A DNA stretch of 64,000 nucleotides from Alloascoidea hylecoeti (taxonomy: Eukaryota): positions 743,727 through 807,726 of the forward strand of contig BCKZ01000005.1 of NCBI GenBank assembly GCA_001600815.1, in the 5' to 3' direction. Positions 50,001-63,269 of the stretch are shown here, piece after piece. A program made the position numbers and the translations under genes. The notes beneath the pieces were generated by a model. That model did no database searches. It was not told the origin of the DNA and saw nothing but the letters and a program-made list of their open reading frames with translations. Every line of letters starts with the position of its first letter. Positions within the stretch are counted from its first letter, which is position 1.

Positions 50001-50078
50001 ATGATTCAAAATATCCCTTTTCCCAATTTTATCATTTATGGTAAATTTGGATGCTCCGAAGATATTTTGTTCAGTCAT
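47062..50078 (-). CDS. Velvet-domain transcription regulator (VosA/VelC-like), about 810 aa; exons 50078-49231, 49099-48903, 48819-48357, 48280-48231, 48003-47898 and 47830-47062
   Basis: Five GT-AG introns join six exons into one 2433-nt frame. Velvet motifs are YCLRVMQEP, DRRSIDPPPILRL, LLGVRVSS, GFYFVFGDLS..IGEYRLKFSLYE and FTVFTPKRYTGSLPSTNLTKLVCEQGVRLRLRK. Confidence 0.9.
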
Positions 50079-53000
50079 TTAAAATCTATAAATACCGTGC
50101 TTAGATGTAGTATTGTATGCTTAATGTTGTAAAAGGTTATGTTAACCAGAATTTTTTCACCTTCCTTCTTCTTAAGATTTATTAGTTGGTCTCTTTAAAG
50201 CTAGGAACAAGAAAACAAAAAATTCAGAAAATAATATAATTGTAATCGTAAATGATAATTGATGATTTATGATTTAATTTAAGAGTAATTGAATGCTTTT
50301 GTGTGTTTCAATATAATTGTATTTTTGCTTGTGACTAAAGTAACGATCTGATTTTATCAAATAAGAGTGAGACAACAGTCAATAAAGGGATATATAATAA
50401 ATATATATATATATATATAAAAAAACAGTATTGGTATATATAATAGAGGTGATTTTTGTAAAGTGACTTAAAAGAAGATACGAACAACCAAAGAATTTTT
50501 ATAATTATATTATAATGTTAACGGTGTGAAATATATGCATACTTTAGGATAGAAATGTAAATTAATTAATGTGATATAAGTTCCAGAAGACATAAAAAGT
50601 AGGAAAAAGATAAACTCGAAGACGGTTGAAAATGAGTATACTCTTTTTGTTTTATGTCTTTTTTGTTGTAACCTGGGAGAGGTAAAAAAAAAAATCAGAA
50701 AAGGATGAAGTTGCAATTGGAAACTTAAACAAAAAAAGCCAAAAAATTAAATAATAATAGTACGGAAATAAAAAATTAATTTTATTTCTTGATCAATTTA
50801 AAACTTCAAAAGGATTTCTGAAAGGTTAATAATAAAATAAATTTAAAGATAAAAATTTAAATCTATTCTGTTGCAAGAAGAAGAATTATATAATATATTC
50901 AAACACGATCGATGAGCAGACAATGTGGTGCGTATGCGCAATAATGTGTAACACGGTGCGGGTCGATGTATAAGTGCTGTACTGACAGAAAACGATGGAG
51001 CTATTCGAGGCGAATTCACACATAAGTAATGCTTTTCAAATCTAAAATAACGACGGGAAAATTCGCACTTTCCAAAGGGCGTATCACACAGAATTTCAAA
51101 GTAGAAATTTAGAGGCGAAACGGATTTATTAATTAGCTAAATCCTTATTTTCTTTTCACGAGCACATTTCCCGAAGCCGCACGGAAGGCTGCAATCAACT
51201 AAATAGTCTGCGGCTACCGCTTTATCGTAATCCTAATGTAAGAGATGCATATGCATGAATACTTCAGGATGTAATCAACCAAATTCTTATTACAGGTTTA
51301 AAACTTATATATGTTATTTATATCATCTGATTGGTACATGAACCAACAAAAGCATAGATATCAAGCCTATCTAATAGTATCTATTAATTAAAATCATTCC
51401 CGATCCATTATAATGAATCAAAGGTAAGAAATTAATTATGTACTTCTTCATGATTTGCAAATAATTGATTGTAATTGCGAGTAAATTATAATATTGATTT
51501 AATATTTAATATTTAAATATTTTTTGAACATATCTGTACTCACCTTACTTATATTATACGCGGAATCAAATCATTTTAGGATATAAGCAGATAGTGACAC
51601 AGGTCATGGTGTCAAAAACGTGTATCAGCCCTCCTTATAACAAATTCTCTACCTGATATCCTAGGTGACACATGAATATGACACTCGTTGACACATTTAA
51701 GACGTAAAGAGGGTGGAAACATAAATAGTGAGTATCTTCATGAACAGAAATGTTTCTTAGGTATAAATGATGCAGAATTTGTCAAGAAAGGTGAATAAAA
51801 AAGAAAAGAATAGATTCAGATTCACATACATGCTAGGCCAATAATTAATGGTCATTAAGTATGGCGGAGTATGTTTTGGTATCAGTATTAGTATATTCTA
51901 AGACTGCCTTATAAGTTTGTCCAGTCTTATTGTTATAATAATTCCTATATATATTTTTTACAACATATATCCCGATTTTAATTTTATAATTGGCTGTAAT
52001 TATAATGATTCGCTGATCATTTAATTTCCTTTTGCATTCATAAGTAAAATCAATTTATTGGTAATTAAATAACTTAATGGGATTGGAATATAATAATATT
52101 TCCATATTGTCTAAGACATGAATTCAAGGTAGAAAATATAAAAAATACTGCCATATATGCACTACCTACATACTATTACATTGCATCCTATAAAAATTTC
52201 TGTCAAATGGTATTAAAATTACTTTTAACCATGATATATCTGTATTATAAGTTTAAATTGTATGTTTATTCAAAGTTCAACATTAACCGATCGTGAGAGA
52301 CACAACACTAATGAAATTGCACGCATAAGATCGTGTTGCTAAATGTAATACGAATTTGCAAAATTCTAGAACCTATTTATAGATACACCAATGTATATAA
52401 TATGAGAATGGTTCGTTAAGAAATGTGTGACAATTGATGAAAAGACTTGATCGTGACTCGTGAGACATATTTGTACTGTATCAAAGTATTATGGCTAGAT
52501 CGAACAAAATGCAAAATTGTATTTATGGTTTATAATTATATCCGATGCTTTCATATTTTTCATATTAATTAGCAAGTACTAGTGGTAGTGAAAGTGTTGT
52601 TGAGTATATAAATATGTTGACGGAAATGTTAAATGCACAGAAAAAGACACTTTAATGATTAATTAATGGGTCGATGAATGCACTGAATACTCTCCCTAAA
52701 TACATTAATATGGTAATATGCCCAGATCCATATTTGTTAGTAATATTAGTAAATATAGGTTTGCCAATATCAATCAAGCAACGGAAGGGAGATTCCGAAA
52801 TTGGCTTTTCAATTGACTTATAAGAAAGTTATAACTAATAACTAATAACAAAATGCTCCTATAGGAAAGAATTGACACGGAAAAGAATAATTAGTTAATA
52901 ATAATATAATAAAATTATTCATGTAATTGTAGAACTGTGGATAAATAAATAAACAAACTAATTACAACTATATTAATTAATATCCTTAGTAACACCTCTC

Positions 53001-56000
53001 TTTTTTCCTTTTTGTAAATCCTAGGCCTATTGTAGATCTAATTGAATTATACTTGAGATATTCACTGATATAGTGAGACAATTATCAAAAACTACTCAGA
53101 CCCCAAGGCAACTCCAATAGCAGAAAAGAATGAGAATATATTATAGACTCACTCAGTGAAGTCAGGTCGATCTTATTGAAACCCGTATATTAGAATTTGA
53201 TACCGTATCCACAGTTTAAATTTAATGGGCCAGCAATCAGAGTCTTTGAGACATCACGTTCGTTGATTATTAACATTCCTGGGCTCTTTCATAGTTGGAA
53301 GAAATAACTGAGTTTCCCGACAGTAACTTCTTAATAATTAAAGGGGTTGAGCTAATTATATCATATAGAATTTGCATGTATTAAATTTGATACCTATAGC
53401 ACATATTTATATTCTGCCATTTTAATAGTTTAACATTTTACCTCCTTTATTTCACTGATTGCTCATTCAATTTCTAGCATGTTGACATGGTAGATTTTGA
53501 GCTTCGGCTTTCCATAGCTGAAACTGTCACCCTATACCGGTATAGCTGACAGTTTACTTTTTTCACTGAAGCTTTGAAAATATGCATAGAAAATAACAGC
53601 AAACCAATAAACAAAGGAACGGTTACTTTCACCTTAAGTTTGCTACAGTATTAAGTCACTTATAGCTTTAAATTTTATATAAATAGCATTCATAAGCTGC
53701 ACATTTTCTGATCATTTGATGGTGAACAGGATATGTTCGAATTAATTTTTTATCTCGATCATCAACTAAATTTCGATACTAAAATTGTTAAAATTAGTGA
53801 CGAATATTAATTATAAATTTAGAAGCATATATATGCAATGTTAAAATTAGTTAATGAGGAATACATTTGCTGATCAATGGGAAACTGATTTTATGGATAT
53901 ATATCAACAAGAACAGGAACAAAACTAAAGATCAATCACACTGATCAATACCACTATTTACAAGTAAAAAGTTGATATATATATTTAAAGAATTGCAAAT
54001 AATAATATGGAATTGAGGTCGCGTTTAATTTAGACGAATCAGATAGCTTCCAGCACTCGATCGGTATCACACATGCAGGTCTAGGGCGATATAAATTTCT
54101 ACTTATAGCTGGTTCGGGCATACTATATATGCATTCATACAGCATTAATATTTATATAGAGCGAGATAAGGCTTTTTTCTATCACTATTTCCTTCTTTTT
54201 GGGATATATAAGTTATATGTAATGCTATTCAATTCGCAAATAAAAGCATAATAAATTAAGTTTAATAACTATAATTAACACTAGTATCAAGCTTTAGCTT
54301 AAGATGGTTTATATTTTTAAATATTAGCTTGATATTAAGTAGTCGGTAAGATGTTAATATTCTCAATAGAAAATGTTGTTGTCGTCTGCAATAATACTGT
54401 AATGGGCACCATCGGTTAGTGGTACCGCAACGGTTAATTTTAAATTCTACCTGTGTATGCGTCCCATAGGTAATATTTATATGGATATAATTATGCCTAT
54501 ATCTCTACCTTTACCTAAACCCGGCTTTGTGCATATGCATCATAAAAGTAATAATAACGATAATATAGAACTTGATATACCTATTTGAAAACCATATGAA
54601 TATGACTATTACTGAAGATATATATTTATATGAAATGTATATCGCTATAGATTTAGAACCAGTAAAAAGCATAAATACATTAAACCGTTGATATATATAT
54701 ATTTATCTTTCTTAAAATTTAACCACTAATGCATTGCAATTGTATGTGTATAAATATTAGCCAGAAAAGGAAGATATTTCTTTTCCTCTCAAATACAAAA
54801 AATTCATAGTTATTCACTAGAAATAAAATAGAATTTATGGCTAATGTATAGAAAGTTATAAACGGCTAATTTTAATTTATTTTACCGCCTAAACTGACTA
54901 TATAGTACTTCTAGAATTATATCAAATCTAAAAATCTTACATTTGAGAAACTTTCCTAATAGATAATGCAACAAAATTAATATTTATATCTACCCTAGTT
55001 ATTGATTTTGTATAGTTTAACATTTATGTATTCATAGTGGTAGGAACAATTAGACTAGTATAATATAAGGTTTATAAACTTCAAGAAGCGCTTAAGTTAA
55101 AGATGGACATACATCAAACAATATATCAATATCAGGATCACTGACTAGTCTATGTGAATATGAAAAAGTCAATTTCAATTACATTATTCTAGCTAATTGA
55201 ATTTTGAAGTATTCAATTTTGTGGGAAGGCTACTCAAATGCAATTGTAGAGGAATTAGCTATATAAAAGAAGATCAATATTAATATCAGACCACTATATG
55301 TTAAACCCCAATAAGCATACCTTAATATAATATATATATATGTTATATATGTATGTATTAATCGGGTTTATCAATATTATACATTTAATCACAAAGCATA
55401 AGTTTAGAAATAAAAATTACAAATTAGTATATACTTGAACCTGAAACTTGATTATTTATCTAGAATATATAAAGAATCTTAATTATATCAATATTATCTT
55501 TAATTAATAATATATAACTTCTAATGAATCGTAAAATATTAAAAATCAACTACTAGTCGACAGCGGAGTAGTCAAGGTATGAATTATCAAAAAGAGCTTG
55601 AGGTTATTCGAAACAGGAATATTAGTAAAAATTAGGAAAGTGCAGCACTACTACTAGTGTATAATCACGTCTGTATTTAAGTCATTGTAATTAATATATA
55701 TTGAATTCATCTTTCTAGAAATCATCCACAGCCCCCTAGACCCCATATTACACGATTTTATTTCGATATCAAGTTTGATGTTTGCAATTGAAAGATTGAT
55801 GTGTAATATATTATAATCATAAAAAATTGCAATTATTTATATACTAATTATAATCATTTCTAAACCTAAAAGAGGAAATATTTCCCAACTACCTCTCCAC
55901 TCATGATCAGAGACATTTTAATTTAGTAACTAATTAATATAACTCAAATACAAAAAATATATTCAGTATGAACACAAAATTCCTGAGGTTTCAGCGATGG

Positions 56001-56504
56001 ACATTTATGAAATATCACAATTAAATGATTTCAAACAGTTGGAAGTTAAGACTTGTGATTCTAACTTAAATTAATACTTCAAGCTTAGATCAAGTCGGGA
56101 TGGAATGTCCAGTGTTAGGTCAGTGGAGTATTTAAATATATTTCATCAATAATTAAGTGGATGATGCAAAATTTATGGAATGTATGTCAGCATACAACAT
56201 ATTTTGAATAACTTCATAGCTAAAAATACAGACTAGAATATGTTTATTCACATCTTTGAATATCATATTTCGATGAGATTTTAACTTTTCTATAGAATGC
56301 AACCAGTACCAGGATTACGTTATATCTATATAATACTTTCCTTGAATTAAATTCAATAAGCTGTGGCTGGGTATAGGGTGTAAAAGTGTGGCATTTTCTT
56401 ATTCTTTTAGATTACGCGCACCAATAAAAGCACACTAGCACATTTATGGAATCAGTTACATGAAACAAAACAGTTTCAAAGAGTCCTATTTAGATTTATT
56501 TCTA

Positions 56505-56722
56505 TGGTGCGGGACACTTAAAATGAAAAACATTTAGAAACATTAAAGAAGTAAGCAGAATACTGCAAAATCACTTCAATTAAATATGAAAGACGAAAAG
56601 ATTCAGGTTTTCCATTTAACTACCTTTCATTGTCTCTAATTATTTAATTGAAGTGATTTTGCAGTATTCTGCTTACTTCTTCAATGTTTCTAAATGTTTT
56701 TCATTTTAAGTTTCCCGCACTA
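56505..56722. mobile_element. Tc1/mariner-type MITE, 218 bp, with roughly 80-bp TIRs and a TA target duplication
   Basis: TA|TGGTGCGGGACACTTAAAATG...CAATTAAATA is mirrored by TATTTAATTG...CATTTTAAGTTTCCCGCACTA|TA with only a few mismatches. Confidence 0.9.
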
Positions 56723-59700
56723 TATAAGAAACCAAACTACATACAAGTATAAGGTATACTGCAATTGGTACTACGTTTCTTTGTTAATCATGGCAGCATC
56801 CACATGTCTGGGTGACTGCATTCTACTTTGAGACTTCAATAAAAGAAGGTGTAACATTTTTGGAGCTTAAGATGTATGTTTATCAGACTTGAATTTAACT
56901 ACCAACCTTTAAGATCAATATTTCAAGAGAATAATTAGTTATCTAGTATATATAAATCAGTATATCAGTATCATTATGGCGAAACTCACCCAAGAACATG
57001 GCCATGATATAATTAAGTATACTAGTTGCCGTATAAAATGGAATTCCATTAGAAATCTAGATATATATCTAGAATATTTTGTATTGAGGCATATTTCTGT
57101 TTAATTAATGTGTATGTAGTAATACTAATACCGGGAAGTGATATTTTTTTCTTATTTGATCAATATCGATAAAAATTTATTTATGTGATTTCAACATCGA
57201 ATTCAAGTTGCCTATAATTACATAGTATGGGTTTTTTTTTCAAAAAAATATTATATACTTAATATTTAATTATCATATTGGGTAAGTATTGATTGCGGTA
57301 ACACTTACAAATATTAACATTAATACGACTTTCTTTTGAAATGTGACCGCTAATATACAATGTACAATTGAATTAAGCGAAGTTCATTTCGGTATACTTC
57401 TTCAAATTTGACGTATCTTCATTGATTCATTAGATTATAATAGGGATCGAGGCCAACTATCCGGGTTGATTCAAAAATTAAATGTATCTCTGATTGAAAA
57501 TGATGATCACGACGCATTATATATATAATGGTATATATTAAGTTTTGAATTCACAAACATTAATAGCGATCGGTCCACCTTTAAGCTAAAATAAAAGTGA
57601 CTGTAAAACAGCTGTGTTATTTTTCTTAAACATGTAGAATATTTCTCATTGCAATTGTGACCAGTTTTGAGCTTATTCCTCTTCCCATGCATTTGTCTGT
57701 TCCCCCTTTAAGGCCTATTCTCATCAGTTAGCTAATATAACAATTCCACTCTTTCGGATTATTTTTATAAGCTTATTTTTATAATTGGTTCAATAGTAAT
57801 GTAATTATCTTTTAAATCTATTGTAACTTTACATGCTATGAAGATCATTCAAAGAGTAGTAAAATGAAAGTATATGGCGCAGCTTCCGATATGGGAAACT
57901 TACCTTGAACTAAATGTCAGTTACATACATATGTATTCTTAAAAACTTTAATTTAAGCTTCGAATCCCGTTTATTTTCCAATGTGTTTAGAAAATAAACA
58001 TCAGTTGCCTATATGTGTACTACCGGGTGCGAGGCGCGATATTAATTATAAGAGAAGCTTTGTACATAAAATACATCGTTTAAAAAATTGAAACGATTTA
58101 GATTTGTCTTCTTACCAAATATTTATAGATGTGCTATTGTAAGGACAAAAGCGGCTAAATATAGTTGGGAAATGAAACACCAATCAAATGTAACTATTTC
58201 ACAATAATATATATATATATATATGTATATAGCCCATATATCTATGGTATTCGTACTTCCTCAATTATTAATTTGGATACAAATTTAACATAGGTAGAGG
58301 CAAATTAAAATTTTAAAAATGAGAATATCAATGCATTTTGATTAAGGTACAATTTGTTGTAATTATTGTTTATAAACAAAGATATATGTTTTAGTGATAC
58401 CCATACATAATATACGATATAAAATAATAAATTCAACAGTTTTTAAAGAAAAGAGAGAACAAAGGAAAAGAGAAAACAAAATAAAATAAAAGAAAAGAAT
58501 CTTTTGGTGCTGAAATCACTACTATTGGCATCATTTACAGCAATATTTTCCTTAAGCTTCGTATAAGCCTTTGATATATTAGAATTCCATAGACCTGAAT
58601 ATATAAATATAACTTACACTTACAGCCTAATAGATCCTAATCTATAATCTGTACGAAGAAGCAAGGAATAAGAAAGTTTTAAGAGGACATAGAGTATTTT
58701 AATGTCTCTTTTTCTATTTAAAATTTATTAAATATATATCTACTGTCTTAATAATGTTTCAATATTACATATGCCTAGTCATATAGAAATATATAGATAA
58801 ATCATATAAGTAGGATCCTAGATGTAGCTTCTAGTATTCGAAGTTGAAAGTGATAATGTCCTTTCATACCTTGGTTTGTTGCTTTATATCGTTCATCTCA
58901 CTGCATATTTTAGACTAACATATAGACCTATATAATTATAAGATTATATTAGGTTGCTGTTTATAAATAGCTAATATATATGACCGTTAATAATAGCTAG
59001 TTATATATTATTTTTAAAATTAAGCACCCTAGTATATGCCATCATGGTTCTAGGTTCCGAGTATATATTCAAGCACTATATGAACGTAAATGCTAGTAAA
59101 CCTGAGCTTTCGCAACGCCACAAATACCACATAGCATATATCGTGCTAGCATGAACGCTCAAATTATTTTCTGAAAAATAGAACAGAAATGTGTACAAGT
59201 ATTATGTATTACAATTATGGGGACTCTTTAAAAGCTTTGTAAATGCTAACGATATCGCGATACAGTCGATGAAGACTACTCTTAAATTGTAATTAAGTTA
59301 TGAAATTTGAAATGCAAACTTAAGTGATCTTCAACCTCCTCCTATTAGAGACAGATATAGAGAATCGGATTATATACGGTGTAAAGTAATTTATATAAAA
59401 ATTAAAAGATTTAGCTAATACTTTTTCTTTAAATGACCCTTTTTTTCTTCGAAAATTTTGTGATTAATTACTAGATTTTATAATTATAATGTTTAGATTT
59501 GTGCTGCTAATGTTGTGACTCAATTGTGACCCAATTACGATTGTAGACTTTTGTTAATTGTTATTTATATTCATGACAAAGTTCTTTGAATATTGAAAAT
59601 TTTAGTAAGTGGACATTGTGTACTCATAAAATATTAATAATCACAATAGCCAAGCAAGAGACATATTCTCAACAAAACTATCTTTCAATAATCTCCGAAA

Positions 59701-61898
59701 CTTATTTTCTAATTAGTAGACTATGTATAAAACTAAAGTTATCCAATTATAATTATATAAATTCTAGGGCTGGGAGTTTCAAGAAATTGAATCTTCATAT
59801 ACGTTGTGTTCTTCCAAGTTTGTTTAATCATCATCAATAAAAAAAGCTGGAAATATTTCCCTTTCAGAATAGAAACTTTTCATCAAAATCAAAAAGAGCA
59901 GCAGGCACCCAAAACAAATTTGAAGTGAGCCAAAGTATACCTGTGACCTAACGTTTACATATTTTAGATCCTTAATAACCATTAGGACCGTATATTAAAT
60001 TGTTGGGAAGCTGTTCCTCAAGGCTTTCGAATTCGTGATCATAATCAGGCGAAGAATCTGTGGCAAACTCTCTACCCCGTTTAAACTTAATAACAAGTTG
60101 ATAAATACCCTTCTCTTATTTCTTTAAAAACTAACGTATGCTCAACTCTAGTTAATCATTATCATGTTTCTTCTAAGATAGAGGCTGTGTCTAGGACCAA
60201 AAACTCAAAAAAAACAACCCCCTTCTTACACTGATACAAAACATTATTTATGACACAGTTACGAAAATACTTTCCTACAATGAAAGTCTTATATTATTAT
60301 TACACCCAAGTTTAAAATTGGCATTGATGTTTTAATCTCAAGTTGTTCTCTAGATCCAGATCTGTTTAACTATGGAGAATCCTATAGCTATAAAAGCATC
60401 AAAACCTTGAGCAAAGTGGCTACAACAATGGAATTCTTTTCTTTATATTACCAATAAGTTTTAAACCTTAAGCTGTCTATAGCCTGTTTGATATTTAAAA
60501 TATCAAAAATAGATCAAATACATTAAACTTTATACAACAATGACACCCATTTCTTTCCATGTTTAACAGTTCTCGCCCAATAAAATGGACTTACCTCATG
60601 CATCCAGCTTTCAAGTATTCTACTATCTATTTAAATGATATTGTTTGAGGACTACTGGTCTATTATAGGAGTATTACCCTCATATTGTCACAGAACCGAA
60701 TACTAAATTACCATGACCAAGAGCTAATTATAACTATACACAGACCAACTAGATCTACAATTTCAAGGTAGCATTGTGATGGCTTAGAAGTTTTAAACTT
60801 TAATGATATCATTGATGGTTTGAGCATAGTATCAATCAGATTAAGAAGTTGAAAAGAAAACATACTTGTTTAGATTGATGATTTCATATTTAAAATTCAC
60901 CAATTACATATACCTCTACTTCTTAAAATGGAAAGCTGAATATTACTCTATGTACGCAAGGGGAGTAAGGATATTTCACCTTTGAATTTCAAGATAGCTA
61001 AAGGCCGCAGGGAAAAAGACACAATGAATAATAAAAAATGTCTTGATTAACGTTCTTTTATCGCATATATCATGGGAAAAAACACATCAAAGGAAACCTA
61101 AGCTGCTAACGCCATTAAAATATTATTTGATATTTGGGATCATTAAAAGCCTTTGAAGTTAATATTCATGTTAAGAATTCTAGTCTACACATATCTAGAT
61201 ACCGTTAACATCGCGGTCACATTTATAGTATTATTGTGTTGATGTATGTGATTCAATTTCATTCTTCAGAGTGCCTTAGAATTTTTATTTTCTATTAACA
61301 TTGGAATATAAATATAATCAAGAATTCTCACAGCGGCTGTTGTTTTCAGCAGTTAATTATCTATCTATAGACTTATTTTAATAAGTTAAATACATTTGGA
61401 ATGTGAAGTAGTAGTAGCGGATTTCTCCACTTTCGCTTTAGCTGTAGCCCAACTGCAATCCAAATTAAAATAGTTTGCAGCGTGGGTAACGTTTAGCCGG
61501 ACAATGCGTAACTTACATCATTAGAAGTAGCTGATTAGAATTATATACATAATAAATTTAAGAGTGTTAATTGAAATTATATCTAGTTACGGAGAGTTCC
61601 AGCTATAATTAGGTTTGTTTATCCCTCAATTGGTGACACTTTTAATTTGCAATTGCAACTCACTACTACACTGTAATTGTATGGTATTTTATTTCCCAAT
61701 TATGATGTATGCATATCAACATTGATTGCAAACCATCAGAGCGTTACGCATAATACAACTAATGTAAGATTAAAACGTATGTGTTATCGTGAAAATCATT
61801 CTTGAAATTGGTGATTATCACAATAAAGATTAATAAATGAAGCAAAATGCATTGGTCGGTAATTGAGTTTTAGATTTGTCCGTTACAAGTTATACAAA

Positions 61899-61965
61899 AC
61901 ATCCGTACAACTTTACATGCCACATTTTACGCATGTACCTATATATGCTGCGGCATTTGTGACTG
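61899..61965 (+). promoter_or_regulatory. RPP1 promoter: Rap1-type box ACATCCGTACA (61899) and Homol-D TGTGACTG (61958)
   Basis: Matches two known ribosomal-protein promoter elements. The same arrangement lies upstream of RPS16. Confidence 0.7.
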
Positions 61966-62139
61966 TTAAGTCCCATTAAGGAAATAGTTTTAATATTTCC
62001 CAAGTGTCATTTCTAATCCTCGAAATTATTCAGCGTCAACACCATTAACTTGATTTAAGGACTAGTCTGCTTCAACATAAGCTTAAACGTGATTATTCCA
62101 ATCAAACATCTGAATCTTCAAGAAAAAATAATCTAAAAA

Positions 62140-62639
62140 ATGTCCGCCGAAAATATCGAATCTTCTTTGTCCTATGCTGCTCTCATCTTAACTGATGCTG
62201 AAGTTGAGGTTACTTCTGAAAAGTTACAAGCTTTAGTCAAGGCTGCTAATATCCATATTGACAGTGTATGCATAACTATATCTCTCAAATTGAAATGTTG
62301 AAATTGAATATTACTTTGGTTATGGTATATCAGTTGCTTCATGCTGATTATCATTCTAATAGTATTATCTAATTTAATAAACTTCGAACACACAACGCAC
62401 CTTTTAGTATAAATTACTGACATCTATTTTAGATCTGGGCTGATATTTTTGCCAAGGCTTTAGAGGGAAAGAATCTAAAGGAACTCCTTTTCAACATTTC
62501 CGCTGGTCCTGCTGTTGCTTCTGCTGGTGGTGCTTCTTCCGGAGGTGCTGCTGCCGCCGCTGAAGAAGCTGAGGAAGAAAAGGCTGAATCAGAAGCTGAA
62601 GAATCGGATGATGATATGGGATTTGGTTTGTTTGATTAA
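62140..62639 (+). CDS. RPP1: 60S acidic ribosomal protein P1; exons 62140-62265 and 62433-62639
   Basis: [17 protein letters not shown]...[13 protein letters not shown]...[13 protein letters not shown]. The intron has GTATGC, TACTGAC and TAG. The ORF track misses this gene. Confidence 0.96.
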
Positions 62640-63040
62640 AATGTCTGATTTTATGTAATATATGAACATTTGAGATTTATTGTTAATGTCTATGGGGCAA
62701 TATTATTGTGATGGATTATATAACTACATTGTTAATCTAACCATTTAAATCAATTACAAATGATACTAAAAGTGAAATTGTAGATTACCTATTAGTTTAA
62801 TTTGTAATGTTATCCATATGTATATAAAATATCATGCTCATGAAGGGTTTTATTTTCTATAGTACTGATGATTATATTATGCAACTTTACAACTCATGAT
62901 TATCATAGTGTATTGCACTTGTGTACATGTATAACTTATATTCTTTTCACCTATTCATAACATTATTTTCGAATAGAAGGAATTGCTATCTTCTTTTACA
63001 TTTATTACAGAGCTTTTCACAGAATTGTTTTGATAGAAAT

Positions 63041-63121
63041 AAACCCATACATCTAGAATTTCCTAATTAGGTGGAAATGTCAGAAAGCATTCTACGATCA
63101 AAGTTATATGTTTTGTGACTG
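63041..63121 (+). promoter_or_regulatory. RPS16 promoter: Rap1-type box AAACCCATACAT (63041) and Homol-D TGTGACTG (63114)
   Basis: Same order and similar spacing as upstream of RPP1. Confidence 0.7.
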
Positions 63122-63269
63122 CCAAATACCATAAATGGCAACTACGTATGTGTTATATCCAGACTGTCAGCGTAAATATCAGAACCTCTGATGCTCAAAC
63201 ATCAAGGACCATACCGAAACTGAAAGCCAAAGGAAATAATTCAATTTATCAAATAATTAAAAGGTCAAA

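Noticed and set aside
24719..50078. An NF-kB/IkB-like pair formed by velvet (Rel-like fold) and the NFKBIL1-like protein
   Set aside because: The 645-aa protein has no ankyrin repeats, the genes are 20 kb apart, and nothing links them functionally.
54404..54450. A-box-like GGTTAGTGGTA as a tRNA gene
   Set aside because: There is no downstream GTTC B-box or cloverleaf.
59800..60700. Coding-looking, slightly GC-richer stretch upstream of RPP1
   Set aside because: I found no recognisable motif or second copy in the frames I read, so it cannot be supported without a search.
63135..63151. ATGGCAACTAC|GTATGT as an alternative first exon of RPS16
   Set aside because: The 11-nt exon would be out of frame with exon 2. 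The exon at 63270-63305 gives the conserved VPSVQ|TFGKKK junction.
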